From the NCBI RefSeq assembly GCF_009914755.1, contig NC_060928.1: a stretch of DNA of 64,000 nucleotides; one strand, written 5' to 3'. The DNA is from the human T2T-CHM13v2.0 reference genome, Homo sapiens. Positions 51,377 through 64,000 of the stretch are shown one piece after another. The first letter of the stretch is position 1. Every line of letters starts with the position of its first letter. Position numbers and translations under genes: made by a program. A model generated the notes under the pieces. It ran no database searches, had not been told where the DNA came from, and worked only from the letters and a program-made list of their open reading frames with translations.

Positions 51377-52699
51377 TGTGATATTGTGCCAGCATACAAT
51401 GGCTCAATAACTTGACAACTGCAGGCAGGTGGAATTTATTGCTTGTAACAGGGAACTAAAAATGGTTTTGATGTGGAGATAAGTTTTTTCACACCCTATA
51501 GTTAAGGTGGAACCCCATGTAGATGATAAGAAAAATAAAACAATAAATGGAGTATGATCTTTTTTGTAGTCTTATTATGTTGCATAATTTTTTATGTTAT
51601 ACAACATAAAAAATTTTTAACTTGCCTTAAACATTGCATTATATTGAGAATCATAGTGCAACAAAACAGGGCTAAGTATCTCAACAAGCAGTGAAACCAA
51701 GTACTCCAAATATTTGTAAATTAAGAACATCTCTATAAAGTATTTTAGTACACTATGTCTGGGACGAATACTTTTCCTAAAATTAATTCTAATGACTGAA
51801 ACTTAATTAGACATATTGCATGACAGAATTTAATAATAGTTAATAAAGAAAACCATGCATTAGTAGCTGCAGATTTTGAGTGAGACAAAATAGGAGTACC
51901 TTAATGATTAATAAAAATAGAAAAAATAAAAAGAAAACCGATATGTAAACTTACTACCAAATTTCTGTATATTCTTTCAACAGGTAATGGGGAGATGAAG
52001 GAGAGTGTAGATGAATAATTTCCCTTAAAATATTCTTATCTATGTTTCAAGTGAGTTCAAGTGTCCAAAAAAATAAAATGGAGAGGGAAATGATATGCAT
52101 CATTAATGAGAAGAACTAAAACACTTAATTAGTATTTTTTAAAAAAGCATTTCCTCACATGTTGCAGTCATTTGTGTTAGTGTGGTACACACATCTGTGG
52201 AGTATACAAACATCTGTGAAGTGCTATAATTGTTTCTGGTAATAGGTTCTTCAGAGCTAACATCTGATGCTCTGCAATTCCAGAATATTTGATGCTTCTA
52301 TCTAGATGAAGAACTCACATTATAGGCCCATACCCCTGTGTCTCTATGCCCACCCTCACTATTGGTTTGAAACATTTTAAAAATCTAAATGCATACCAAA
52401 TGTGTCACATAGAGTTTCCTTCTCTAGACTCCTTAAAAATTCTACCTGTCTCCAAGACCTTTGATTCTCTATTTTAATGTTTCAAATATCTATACAATTA
52501 GTTGGCAAAGAATTGTTTCAAATCAGATTTATTGTGATGAATTTATATTTAATACTTAGAAAAATTATGATGACATGTTCATGCATACTGGCTATATAAA
52601 TGAATGTCTAATATCAGTGAAATGATGGAGGGATTGAGGACCAATTGAGTATTTCACATTACTAGTCTAAGCATTTAACAAAATCAATTCTTATTCATA

Positions 52700-52830
52700 A
52701 TGTTGTTAAAAGAGCACAGGTCTTGAGATCGGATACACTTGCTTTGGAACACTATCATTGTCTTTAAATGTGATTTTGACTCAGTTTTCATTAATTTCCT
52801 TAGGCCTCTTTTTCTTTATCATGAGAATGA
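52700..52830 (+). mobile_element. MIR fragment
   Basis: gttgttaaaagagcacaggtcttgag...tgtgattttgac...cttaggcctc. Confidence 0.5.
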
Positions 52831-53234
52831 TTATTTATGAAGCAAAAACTGTGCCAATGTTAGATGTTCAGTTCCCTGCCACCTTTCCTTTTCAGTGGCA
52901 GCTGAAGTATCAAAATACGAGAACACAAATGATATGTTTATACAATTGTAACATTATCAATATATTTTTTAAAAAGCATTTTGAAATATGGCTGTATTGT
53001 CAGAACTCATTAATATCTAGTGAGTAGGAAAAATTATAATTTTCTAATTTGTTATTAATAATTCATGTCTAAGAAATTTATAAAAAGATGGGTAAATGAA
53101 TTAGTTCTGTATTTTCTTATGACATTGCAAGTATTCTCACTTTGGAAATGTTACTACTTTTCTGGCATTTAGATTCTGAATGAAAACTACTTAAATCATT
53201 GCAATTGACACTATCCAGATTTGTTAAATACCAT

Positions 53235-53690
53235 TGATAGAGGCAGGAGACAGCCAAGTGCCTAGGCAGGTAGGGGAGGGTCCCCCAAGAACCTCCAAAC
53301 CACCCAGGTCATTGTGCACAAGGGGCTTGCCTACACACGCCCACATTGAAAAATTCCACCCCTTAACACATGCACAGTAAGGGAAATAAATCAATGTGGA
53401 GTGGCTCAGACTAAGGGCCTGCATGTACACTGGATGGATGGGGTGAAGCCACCAGGAATTCATGCCTTATGCATGGAAGGAGCCTGGCCTCTTCAGCTCG
53501 TGTGTGGAAGTCCTGGTACTCCATTGTGAGGGGGAAATCTGCTTGGAGAACCCCTCTCTTTGCAGAGCTTTCCTTTCACTTAATAAATTCCAACCTCCTC
53601 ACCCTTCAATGTGTTCATATTCCTAATTTTTCACTGTCTTGAGAAAAGAACCTGGATTTAGCTGAACTAAGGAACAAAAATCCAGCATCA
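53235..53690 (+). mobile_element. 5' LTR (MER83-like)
   Basis: TGATAGAGGCAGG...tccagcatCA, with AATAAA at ~53582. Confidence 0.9.
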
Positions 53691-53693
53691 TTT

Positions 53694-53711
53694 TGGTGGT
53701 CTATATGGGGA
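53694..53711 (+). other. Primer binding site, tRNA-Ile(AAU)-like
   Basis: TGGTGGTCTATATGGGGA, 3 nt after the LTR. 14/18 match to TGGTGGCCCGTACGGGGA (complement of the recalled tRNA-Ile 3' end). All differences are transitions. Confidence 0.75.
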
Positions 53712-54356
53712 CACATCAGAAGGGTGAGTAAAATGCAGACACAAAAATCTCTTTTACTTTTGTTTCTGAGCTTTCTCGTCCTCAGACTTTTTCTGAGGGC
53801 AAGGGAAACTGTCCACTCCTACCGTTGTTCTCAGGGGTTGGGAATGTTGGCCTTGGTCCAACCCAGTCTTTTCTTTGGCATTTTCCTTATTTTTGTTTTT
53901 GTTTTTGTTTGTTTGTTTGTTTTTTCAGGACTGTAATGACATCGATCTTTTCTCTTACAATATTGGGGGTGTTCCACCCCTCACCCCAATGGCCACGGGC
54001 TCACGTGCGGAACAGATGGACAAGTGGTGGCTCCCGTCCCCTGCCCCTCCTCCCCAAGGGCCCTGCATGTCCTGCTGGCCAGCATTTCCCGCTGGCCATC
54101 CCCTCCTACCAGATGCCCATGGAATGTTTCCCCCTCTGGATGAGTCAGGAAGGAGAAGACAGCAAGAGTTTCTCTCCTTGTTGGAGAAATCCATTTGCAT
54201 AAGAATAGGAGGTTCTTCCCCCAGGCATCTTCCCCACCCAGCACTCAAACTGTTCTTTTTTCTTTTCTCCACCCTGTCAGCAGTTAACACAGCCCTACAC
54301 TTAAGCTGATTTTTTAATTTTTTTTTTTTTAATTTTCTCTACCAGGTCAGGAGTTG

Positions 54357-54436
54357 ATGGGTTGGCATGAAGGTAGTTGTGGGGTTTTTTTGCCATTAGA
54401 ATGGTAGGGATGGCAATTGCTTTTGCACCAACCTAA
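54357..54436. mobile_element. MADE1 (Hsmar1-derived mariner MITE) inside the provirus
   Basis: 80-bp imperfect palindrome ending GCAATTGCTTTTGCACCAACCTAA followed by TA. Confidence 0.88.
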
Positions 54437-57389
54437 TAACATAGCCCTGTGAGTACAGGGGACTTGTCTATGCCAGAGGATTTTTCTGAAAGGTGTTTTA
54501 CTAGGCCAGGACCTCAGTTCACAAGATACATTTCTCTTCCTTGTTTGAGGAGGCAGCAAAGGAGCAACGCTGCTGACTGGTGGCTGCCGTCTGGCGAGGG
54601 ACACCTGACACTTAATAATGAGTCCATGCAACCTCCTGAGGGAGTTATTTTGTCCCAAACTCAATTCCAAGCTTTGGGTTGAAGCCCTAGGAAAGAAAAC
54701 TGGATTGGAGGGATCCAGAGGCAGACAACAACAGAGGTTAGAAGGCACAGTGCAGGTAAGCATGACTAATTCCTGCTGATTAAGGCAAGCATCCCATTTC
54801 ATGCATGGAGGTCATGCTAACATCCATGGAATAAATGAGGTCTAGGGAACTCAAAGGTTACAACAGCAGGGTGGGGCAGAGGGTATGTGGGTAAGAGTAG
54901 ATAATCCCAGCCCCTAGATCCCCTGTTAACATGAGTGAAAGCTGCATTGGCACCCACAGTGGCACCCTGTTGAGGTCACCAGGACTCAGGGATATAAGGA
55001 TGGAAAAAAGAGAACGGATGCCTCCTCTCTCTCCCTCACATAGTCTGGGTATTCACTGGGAAGAGAAGGGAGTTAGGAGTGCCTTATCCCCTCTTCCCTG
55101 ATTGGTAACCTTTCATCTTCTTCTTCCATCTATAATTCTCTCGAATCTCTCCTGAACCCCTAGAAATTTGAAATAAAAAACAAATAGCCTTCCTTTTCCT
55201 TTTTTCTCCTCTGTCCTCTCTTCACAGATAGGTAATTGTGTCCTCATACTACAGGACACTTCCCTTGGATGCATACTCCAAACTGGGAAAACTAAAATTT
55301 CCTAAATCTTAAACTGGTTGGCTTAGAATTGAGCTTGGGGGAAGGGAACCCGGAAGCCTGGGATGCTGGCAAAAAGGTAAAAGATTTTTACTACTCGGAC
55401 TTTTGGTTTCTCTCTCCCTGTGCAAACCAGTAAAAGGAATGGTAAGGATCACTGTTTATATTCTCTGTAAAGTTTTGATTAATGGAAAAGGATTTGTGAT
55501 GTTGGTTTTAAGCTGTAGCCAATCTGGTGTGCTTTGCATATCTTTCTATATGGTTCTGTTAGAAAGAAGGATGTCTTAAGATAAGATGCAGACCTAGGAC
55601 CCCCATAAACCAGCTGTTCACGTCAGCCCAGCAAACTGCCCAGTAACAAACTTTGCAGCAGGCCTCCATCTTGTTTTACATTCTTAGGAACATGACCTGT
55701 AACCTCTGCAGTTTTACAATAGTGAGCCAGGTTCAATTCTAACTTGGGGAATGAGTACTTTAATAGTTGTGTGAGTTTTGTCATTTGTTAATTCTCTTCC
55801 CCTCTATGAACAACTTCTACCTTCCTTTCTTAAATCTTCCTTTCTCTGGGTTACCCTTAAAGATTCCAGATGTTGTAAAAACTGCTTTCCCTACTTTGAA
55901 AGACTTTTCACACTCACGATTAAGTCAGAACCTTAATTAAGGCTTGTTGGTTTTACCTGTGAAGTTACTTTTGGTAAAGCACAAAAGCCAGAAATATTGG
56001 CCGCTTGATATGGCTGAGGTCAGGTAACAAGGGATCCAAAAGGATTTTCTTAAAGAGCTCTCAGCTTAATTAAAAGTGGATATCCAAGCTATAGGTATAT
56101 TTAAAAGGCATTTATGTTTTTCTTTTCTTGGATCTTGTTTTAGTGGAAAAGATTTTTTTTTCTTCTCAGTTGACTAAATTACTTTTCTCCACTTTGTCTT
56201 GCTACTCTTAATGCATGTGTGAGTGGCCCTAATAAAATTCCTGATGGTCTGGGACTCTTTGGAAAAAACAGAAAAGGTGCTGTAAATTCCATTTTAGTAG
56301 AAACCTGTGTTTTTCTCATAGGACCCCAGGAATTAGAGATGGATAGATTCCCCTCAAAATCTGTTTTGTCTTCTAGCTGTATCTGTTTATTAGACCCTAG
56401 AAACTGCATGCTTTCTTATGCTTTCTCTTAAACGGCACTCCCCAGAGGCGAATAAGCCAATTAGGAGATTGGCAAATGAAAAATCTTGTAAATACTGGAT
56501 CTTCGTCTGTCTGTCTGTGTAGTTACATATGTGTTGTGTGTTTTGCATATAAAAAAGAACTCTAATGAATTGGCTTAAAAATAGGTATTTAGATCAAATG
56601 TATTTTTAAGAAAAGGTAAAGCTGTAATAACTTTTATTTCACATGACTTTAATCTTTGAGAAATAAAAAGTATTAAAGATAATTGGTGAAATGCAAATGT
56701 TGTTAAAAGGTAAATAGGTGGTCTAAATTGTGCAAGTCAGATACTAGGTTTGCTAAATGTTTTAAGTTGTAAACTGCCTCTTTGGCCTTTGAGAACTGTT
56801 TGACTTGCCTCCTTTACATCTTGGCAAGGCCTCAGGAGATATGGAATTAACTACATCCTTAACTATGCTGGAAGGAGTCAAATTTTTTCGGGACCTAGTT
56901 CATAATTAAAACAACTTACCAGATTTTTTATTAAAGTTAAAAATTGCTAAGTGTTACCATTATAACATGTAATTGAGACCACTGAAAACAGATTTACCTG
57001 CAAGATAAGTAAGAACAGTAAAATGTGTTTTTAGTAAAAGATTTTAAGAAGGCATGGAAATGTAAATTTTCGCCTAGGGTTAAAGGCTGGTTTTAAATTA
57101 GGTAAAATAAACTAAGGGTTTAAACAAGTTGTGGAAGTTTGTAAAAATGAACTTTGCAAAAGGAATTCTGTGTGTAAATATATTGACTAAATTCAAAAGG
57201 ATATTATATGTTTTTTCCATAAATTGTGCATTAAAATAAAAGCACTACAAGGTTCTCTTAAGGCACTAATCTGCTCTTTAGCAAAATTTTTAAAGGGTTA
57301 TACAAAGCTTATAAGAATCTTACCTCATAGTCAAGCTGGTTAAGAATGGGTATAATTGTCTTTTAGGTTTCTTTAGGAAATTGAGGTTT

Positions 57390-57680
57390 GGTTGGGCATG
57401 GTGGTTCACTCCTGTAATTCCAGCATTTTGGGAGGCTGAGGCAGACAGATCACTTGAGGTCAGGAGTTAGAGACCAGCCTGGCCAACATGGTGAAACCTT
57501 GTCTCTGGTGAAAACACAAAAATTACCTGGGTGTGGTGGCGGGTGCCGGTAATCCCAATTACTCTGGAGGCTGAGGCAGGAGAATCACTTGAACTCAGGA
57601 GGCAGAGACACAGTGAGCTGAGATTGTGCCACTGCATTCCAGCCTGGGCAACAAAATGAGAATCTGTCTCAAAAGAAAAA
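57390..57680 (+). mobile_element. Alu (AluSx/Sz-like) inserted in the provirus
   Basis: Dimeric Alu. TSD aggaaattgaggtt/agaaaattcaggtt. Confidence 0.95.
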
Positions 57681-59740
57681 AGAAAATTCAGGTTGACGTT
57701 AATAGTAAACTAATGTAAGGGTAAAATTTGGTTTTCTCTTCTTGTACAAAATTTTCATGTACTAGTAAAGGATAATGGAAGATTTTCATTTGCCTTGCAA
57801 ATAAACTGCCAAGGAAAAGAAAGTGAAGACCAGAGACAAATTGGAAAGCTAAGTCTTCCCTCTTAATGAGTAAAAGTTTTTGCTTTGTTTTAAAAATTTT
57901 TTAAATCATTATTTTGGCTAAATAAATAGCTAATGTTAGTCTGGAATTGTAGTTCATTATTTCAAGTGTCTTAAACTTCTAACATATTTAACAGGCTTCC
58001 CAAAATCAAACTGCAGTTTCAAGGTTATCTTTTCTGATTCCTAGCTTTTGGATGCTACAAAGGGCCCCTGGAGCATCCAAAAGAGAGGTAAACAAGATTA
58101 TTTGACATTTTTGGGTATAGGGGCTTGCCAAAATGATGCTTAATCTTCTTCACATTATATTGCAGTGAATAACATTAATATATTTTCCAAAATTATATGG
58201 GATTTTTAAAATTTTAAAGTCTAAGTATATGCTATCAATCTTAATTAAGGTTATTAAGTTATTGTAAACCACAAAGATAATGAAATTTCTTTGTCATTTG
58301 TGTTTTTAACTGTAAAAATGCTGGACATTATGTTATTTACAGACAATTGTTTTGATCCTCTTCAAACGATAGTTTATGATAAGCTATAGAACTTTGACAG
58401 GTGCTCTCAAATGCAAGTTTCTGATAACTTTGGAGGATGTAACATTGGAATAGAGGAAAAAAGTACAGGACTCCATGAAGAGCTGACATGTTCATGAATA
58501 GTAAGCGGAGCAAGAACTAACGGAATGGACTGAACTAATAGAAAACGGAAGTAATCTTTTTTTTCCTTTTGCTTAAAACATTGCTGATCCTTGTTTTGTT
58601 TTTCAGAGTCAAGGAAACTTATTTTGAGCTATTTACAGCCTTTAATAATTGAGTAAGGTATACTCTTGTGAACATAATTTGGAGTATATTTCTTTCTTTC
58701 TGCCTGGCTTCTCCAAAATTTTGAAACTAGTTGTGAGTATTCTTAACTTACGGCAATATAGTTATTTGCATCAGGGCAGTAAGAATCCATTTTCTTTTGC
58801 AAAGGAACAAAATTGCAGAAACTGGTTGTTTTACCAAGGCTTTGACTGAAAGAATGTGCTTCCCTTTAAGGAATCAAGCTTAACTTGCAAAGCCAATAAA
58901 AGCCCCTTGGGAAAAGTGACCTCATACCTTGTCTACATAGTCCCCTTATGGGGTTCCTAACCTGTGGTGAGTAAAGAATACCACTTTCTAACAGCCCTAG
59001 GAACCCCATGTTCTTGGGACCTCAAGAAGAGAGGAGTTTACCCAACTCTTAGATATTTGAGGGCACAAATCCATGGCTTGGCTCAACTTTAAAAGGCTTT
59101 ATCTGAGGTTCCTTGTGGAAGAGAGTCCCATCAAAGCCAATTTAAAAGGCCTATGTAAAGTTAATTATCTTGCTGCACTTTATGCAAATAATCAACCCAA
59201 GTATAAGGCTAAAGTTTGTTTTGCAAACAATATGGTCCTATCATGATTTGTTTATAACAAAAATGAGGACTGGAGAGAGAACAATTATGTTTCAAAAGTT
59301 ATCATGCATTTGCCACTAAATTCTAATCTCATTAGTTGTTTTTAAGTCCTTTGTCTACATTTTAGACTAACCCTGTTTATCTTATAAACCAACCAGTTAT
59401 CTCTGGCTGCAACTCAGAAGACACAAAAAGGAATCAGTAATATAACAATGTGGATCAGAATTCTAGTTCTGGGCAATTATCCTGCAAATCCTGCCTGGTG
59501 ATAGGAATAAATAGGGTGCCCATAACCCAGATATTTCCTCTGGGAAAATAAGACCACAGTAGCTAAACAAAGCAAAGCCCATGCACCCCAATCTTAGTAG
59601 GCATAACTGTAGCCAGTTATCTGGCTGTGGCAGCAGCCTTGGGATTTTTGAGCTGTCCTTACCCTACCCCTTGTTTCATTTTGATACATATCTTCTAATA
59701 ACCCAGTTTGTATAACCAGTTTGTCTCTTCTCACTTTCAG

Positions 59741-59817
59741 GCCATCAAACTCCAAATGATCATGCAACCAGAGCCTCAGAGAACACCCCTTTAACTGAGA
59801 ACCCTTAGATTGGCCTC
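59741..59817 (+). pseudogene. Env cytoplasmic-tail remnant
   Basis: Translates AIKLQMIMQPEPQ and, after a frameshift, EPLDWP. Resembles the ERV9/HERV-W env C-terminal motifs (IKLQM...EP; PLDRP). Confidence 0.6.
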
Positions 59818-59897
59818 TGAGGGAGATTTAAGTGCTATTTTCCCAAAACAACACCCCCTTTCAGAAGGAAGCCGTTAATATTGGTCATCATCCTTAT

Positions 59898-60297
59898 CCT
59901 CCAACCCACCTAGGTCATTGTGCACAATGGGCTTGCCTAAACATGCCCATGGTGAAAAATTCCATCCCTTAGCACATGTGCAATAAGGAAAGTAAATCAT
60001 TGTGGACTGGCTCAGACTAGGGGCCTGCATGCACACTGGAAGGACAGGGTGGAGACACCAGGAATTCACACCTTATGCAAGGGAGGGGCCTGGCCTCTTC
60101 AGCTTATGTGTAGAAGTCCTGGTACTCCATTGTGAGGAGGAAACCTGCTTGGAAAACCCCTCTCTTTGCAGAGAGCTTTCCTTTCACTTATTAAATTCTG
60201 TCCTCCTCACCTTTCAATGTGTCTATGTGCCAAATTTTTCCTGGCTGTGAAACAAGAACCCAGCTTTAGCTGAACTAAGGAGTAAAATCCTGCCTCA
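59898..60297 (+). mobile_element. 3' LTR (MER83-like), lacking the first 57 bp
   Basis: Aligns with 53292-53690. ATTAAA at ~60190. Ends tgcctCA. Confidence 0.9.
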
Positions 60298-61091
60298 TCA
60301 TTAAGAAAGCACTGTAAGCCTCTTTGAAATACATTTTTATGAAAATAGAAACTATAATAATTACTAGAATTGTGCCAAATTACAGACATACCAATAAAAA
60401 AGAAAGAAAATACCAGTTATGACAATTTGCTTCTCAGCTATAATTTTGTTCCATATTTTACTCTTTCCTTAATGGAGTAGTTTCTAGGTGAAGATACAAA
60501 ATATTTATCTTATTGAGAAAAGTGTGGCTTCATTACAACTGATTTGCCAAAACTATAATGTCATCAATCTGAATTCTATTATTTCATTGTGGTCAATTTA
60601 GCTTCAGTCTCAATTTTTGACATGGACTTGTATTTCATGCCCTTCTTGTAGGAGTTAGGGATATTTTAAATTCAAGATGTGGCTTCACATTTTACATTTT
60701 GATATTAGAACTCCACTTCTATCAATGGTATATATTAAAAATGCTCATTTGCAGAAACTTTCTATAGATTTTGTAAAACTAATCTTGAGAATTCTATTCA
60801 AAATCGTTAAATATCACTTATATAATAACTACAACCAAATGATTCTTAGGGTTTGGTATTAAGCATTTTATTTATTCTCCCAAAAACGGGCTTGCACTTC
60901 TTAGACTGTGAAAGCCAAGTATTCACTGTATTTTCACTTTTAATTCATTTAAAGCAAGTGAATAAATAAGGTTTTATTAAAATGCAGTAGTTATATGTAT
61001 CCTAATTTTTGGCACAAATAAACACTCTCTCATTCTCATTCATTAGTTGGGTCTTATTATTTTATTTGTTGTCAGAGTTCTAGGGCTTGTG

Positions 61092-61093
<2 letters not shown>

Positions 61094-61131
<38 letters not shown>
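61094..61131. repeat. (GT)19 microsatellite
   Basis: Direct observation. Confidence 0.97.
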
Positions 61132-61137
<6 letters not shown>

Positions 61138-64000
61138 CTTTGGTAAGTCAACTATAATATTTATGGAGGTCCTTAAATTATAGATGAAAAACGAAATCAA
61201 TTTATATTTGTAAAAAGGATCATGAATACTATTTTTTATCCTGAATGAGAAAAGCAAGGTTACTAAGTGTAGCAATAGGTTCTAATTTTGCATAGATGAT
61301 TAAAGTGAAATAAAGGGTAAGATTGTGGAATTTTTTAATACTTCAGAGCAGATTACTGAGGAAAGTTGAGAAATCTTTTTTAAAAACTTAGAGGAGGTAA
61401 CAACACTCTGAAATTCCTATCTATACACTGCAATTATTTTTGAAAAAAATATGATTTAATAATGATAAACTTTGGACAGTGTTTTGCTGAAAATTAAATA
61501 GGCACCACCTTCCAGAGCAATATCAGTATTGTGGTATTGCTAAAGCTTTCCAAGTTTGACCATCTGTACTCCTAGACTTATCCTAAAGAAGTAAACAGCC
61601 TCACTGAAAAATCTCCAGTGCTTTTGTCTTCTTTACAATTGCCTTGAATATGAATAAGAACTTTCATCCTTTGAACAGTGTTTGAAAGAATCTACCTGAA
61701 ACACAAATGATTAAAAACCAACAGCTGTATAGTAATGGTATGTAGAAACTTTACAGAAGAGAGTAGATCTGTTTCTGTAACTTTATATATGAAGAAATAA
61801 ATATGAATCAATTTTTATTTAAAATGTGTTCAAATATCATACTCTTAATCAAGAAACAAAATAATGCCTTTTATTTTTTAAAAATTAACAGAAGATAATT
61901 TCTACTTTTTAAACTTTATTTCTGTCAGTAAAGTATCACACTGTATTTGTTGCCTTTCTTCAAGAAACACACTATTCCATAACTTCCTTCTAAGAAGCAT
62001 TATGAGTATGCCTTTTACTAAAGTACCAGCTACAGAAGTCATGCATTTCTCAGAATTTTACCTAAAAACTGCTGTTATATTCTTTCCCTTTTTCATTTAG
62101 GCATTTAAATGAGATGGGTACTTTACAGATACTCATTAGTGGATCTGATTCTTTCTCTAGCAGTCACCTTCACAGGAGGAAATAGAACTGGCATCATGCA
62201 TACATTCAAATTCTAAAATTGTATTCGAGAGAATAAAAAAATTATCTTCTCTTCTTTCTCAATTTTAATTCATTTTCTCTTTTGGCTCACAAAAGGGGCA
62301 CAATTAGGTGAGGTGTCATGGGGAAGAGGCCGGGGAGACAAAAGGGAAAGACATTCTCGTTAGTTGAAATTGTATTTCCTGCTTGTTAATTATCTGGATG
62401 CTGAGCTACCTGACTTGAGAAAAGTAACTTTTTAAAATGTTGCCATGTCTTTGTAACAGATTATTAACATAAAGTTTAAATTTTAATTGGATATTTGGTA
62501 AGTGACCTTTATTACTCCTGGAAGGAACATGATATGCAATAATTAAATAATCCCATTGGAGTCAAGAGGATTCCAAATGTCAAGATGGCATTGAAAGTGG
62601 AACAGGCTGCGCTTCTAATTTTCAAAATCAAAATAGCAAAACAAACCACACACAGTAAACTCACTGAGACAATGAAAATAAGACTACTGTCCACCAACGC
62701 ATTACCGATACATCTTTAGAAATATGTAAAAATAAAATCCTGAGCCCTTCATGCTTAACCACAGTAATGAATAGGACCTACTACTTAAGTGTGATTAGAT
62801 GTTCTCAGGGATGAGAAGAGTATTGAATTAAATATAGTATTGAATTAAATATGTGTTTTATTATGTAAAAAATACGTCACAATGCTACATGGAAGTAGGT
62901 TTGATGGAGTCATTGACATTGGAATTTACTCTGCAAAAAATTTGACTACTGCAACTCCACTAAACTTGTGATGAGGAAACTTGTGATGATGAGTGAGAGT
63001 ATGAGATTGTTCAGAAAGTAATATAATGTGTACCTTCCCAAGAAGGAGGAAGTATGTCTGTGACAGGATAAACACTGTTTGGGAATTTTAATACTGTATT
63101 TTCTTCTTCCTAAAACATCAGTTTCCTCTGATCATATTTAAGAGGTTAGCCAGCCTTATATTTCATTTCCTCAGGGTATGTCTAAGGCAGAGCAAAAAGT
63201 AAAGGGGGCAAATCAGTCTAGTTTTTGCTTTCTGAATGTTTAAGCTCTTGGAAGAACTTAGTAAATTTAAAGTATAAGTAAAAATAACAAAGAGCCTGGT
63301 GCAGATGTCAAAATAGGTCCCAATCTTGCCACTGACTAAAGTATTTTATCAAAGAGAGACAAGCTGATAAGGAAGACAAATTGTTTTCGCTATGATTACC
63401 ACTTATGAGGAGACCCGTGACAGGGCAAAGTATTCAGATTTATCATTTGACCTGAGAATTAAAAGCTCAAAGCTATTTAGTAATATGTTTAACATATATT
63501 TTAGCAAGAATGGTGTACAGGAGCAAGGTAAGCCTCTCATTCTATTGCTAAATATACTCAGTAGAGCCTTCAATTTTATCTCTGCTCCAGAGGGTTCTGG
63601 CTCTGAAGACTTTTTCTCTGACTGAAGTGATGTGATTCATCAATTTCTGCCTTTCACAATCGTAAACACAACTTTACATGCCATAAACTATTTCTTTCTA
63701 CTATGATCACTGTTAGCAAATTATTACTCCTACTTTAACTTACAACTGGACCCAATTTGTATGCAGACTTCCATCAAAACATTTGCTTTGCTTCAGCATT
63801 TCCTTAAATCAAAACCTACTGTTGGATTCTATGTTAATACAGCACATACGTATTGGGTAATCTACAAATGTATATGTAGAGTATAATTATGCATAGTTAT
63901 AAAAGTACATACACACATATCATATGTATACAAATTATGAATTATTAGGTAAACCACTTAAAGAAAATTTAGAATATACTTCTGATGGTTAGTATTAAGT

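Larger units (their letters stand above)
53235..60297 (+). mobile_element. Non-autonomous ERV1/MER4-group provirus with MER83-like LTRs
   Basis: Two homologous LTRs (53235-53690 and 59898-60297, ~85% identical by manual count), PBS, non-coding internal region, env tail remnant. 4-bp TSD ccat/tcat. Confidence 0.9.

Noticed and set aside
53724-54802. ORFs of 70-151 aa as gag
   Set aside because: They lie in the ERV leader and MADE1 region on both strands, with no matrix, capsid or zinc-knuckle motifs.
62500-63000. Unique sequence with a hydrophobic 61-aa minus ORF and short tandem duplications (62820-62852, ~62962-62990)
   Set aside because: No ATG start, no convincing splice donor and no recognisable homology. 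The small duplications look like ordinary slippage.

Overview
AT-rich, repeat-dense primate (human-like) non-coding DNA, either intergenic or deep intronic. I can support no cellular protein-coding gene, RNA gene or CRISPR array. The ORF-track hits I can interpret are decayed L1 ORF1/ORF2, Alu or LTR sequence, or chance frames. Main contents: a MER52-type solo LTR; a three-level L1 nest (old L1M carrying an L1PA15/16-like element, which carries a full-length L1PA7-like element with TSD); an LTR-in-LTR nest; eight near-full-length Alus plus two fragments; DNA-transposon MITEs (MER44, MER5A, MADE1); microsatellites; and a ~7 kb non-coding ERV1/MER4-group provirus with MER83-like LTRs and a tRNA-Ile PBS. 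I see no convincing new multi-gene system. The best leads are (1) a MADE1 hairpin inside the provirus with a strongly strand-biased run of A>G changes, resembling ADAR editing fixed by reverse transcription, (2) a 252-bp non-TE dispersed duplication carrying an exon-like cassette, and (3) a double-hairpin template-switch rearrangement at 44.8-45.9 kb. Repeat family names come from my recollection of consensus sequences and need RepeatMasker/Dfam confirmation.
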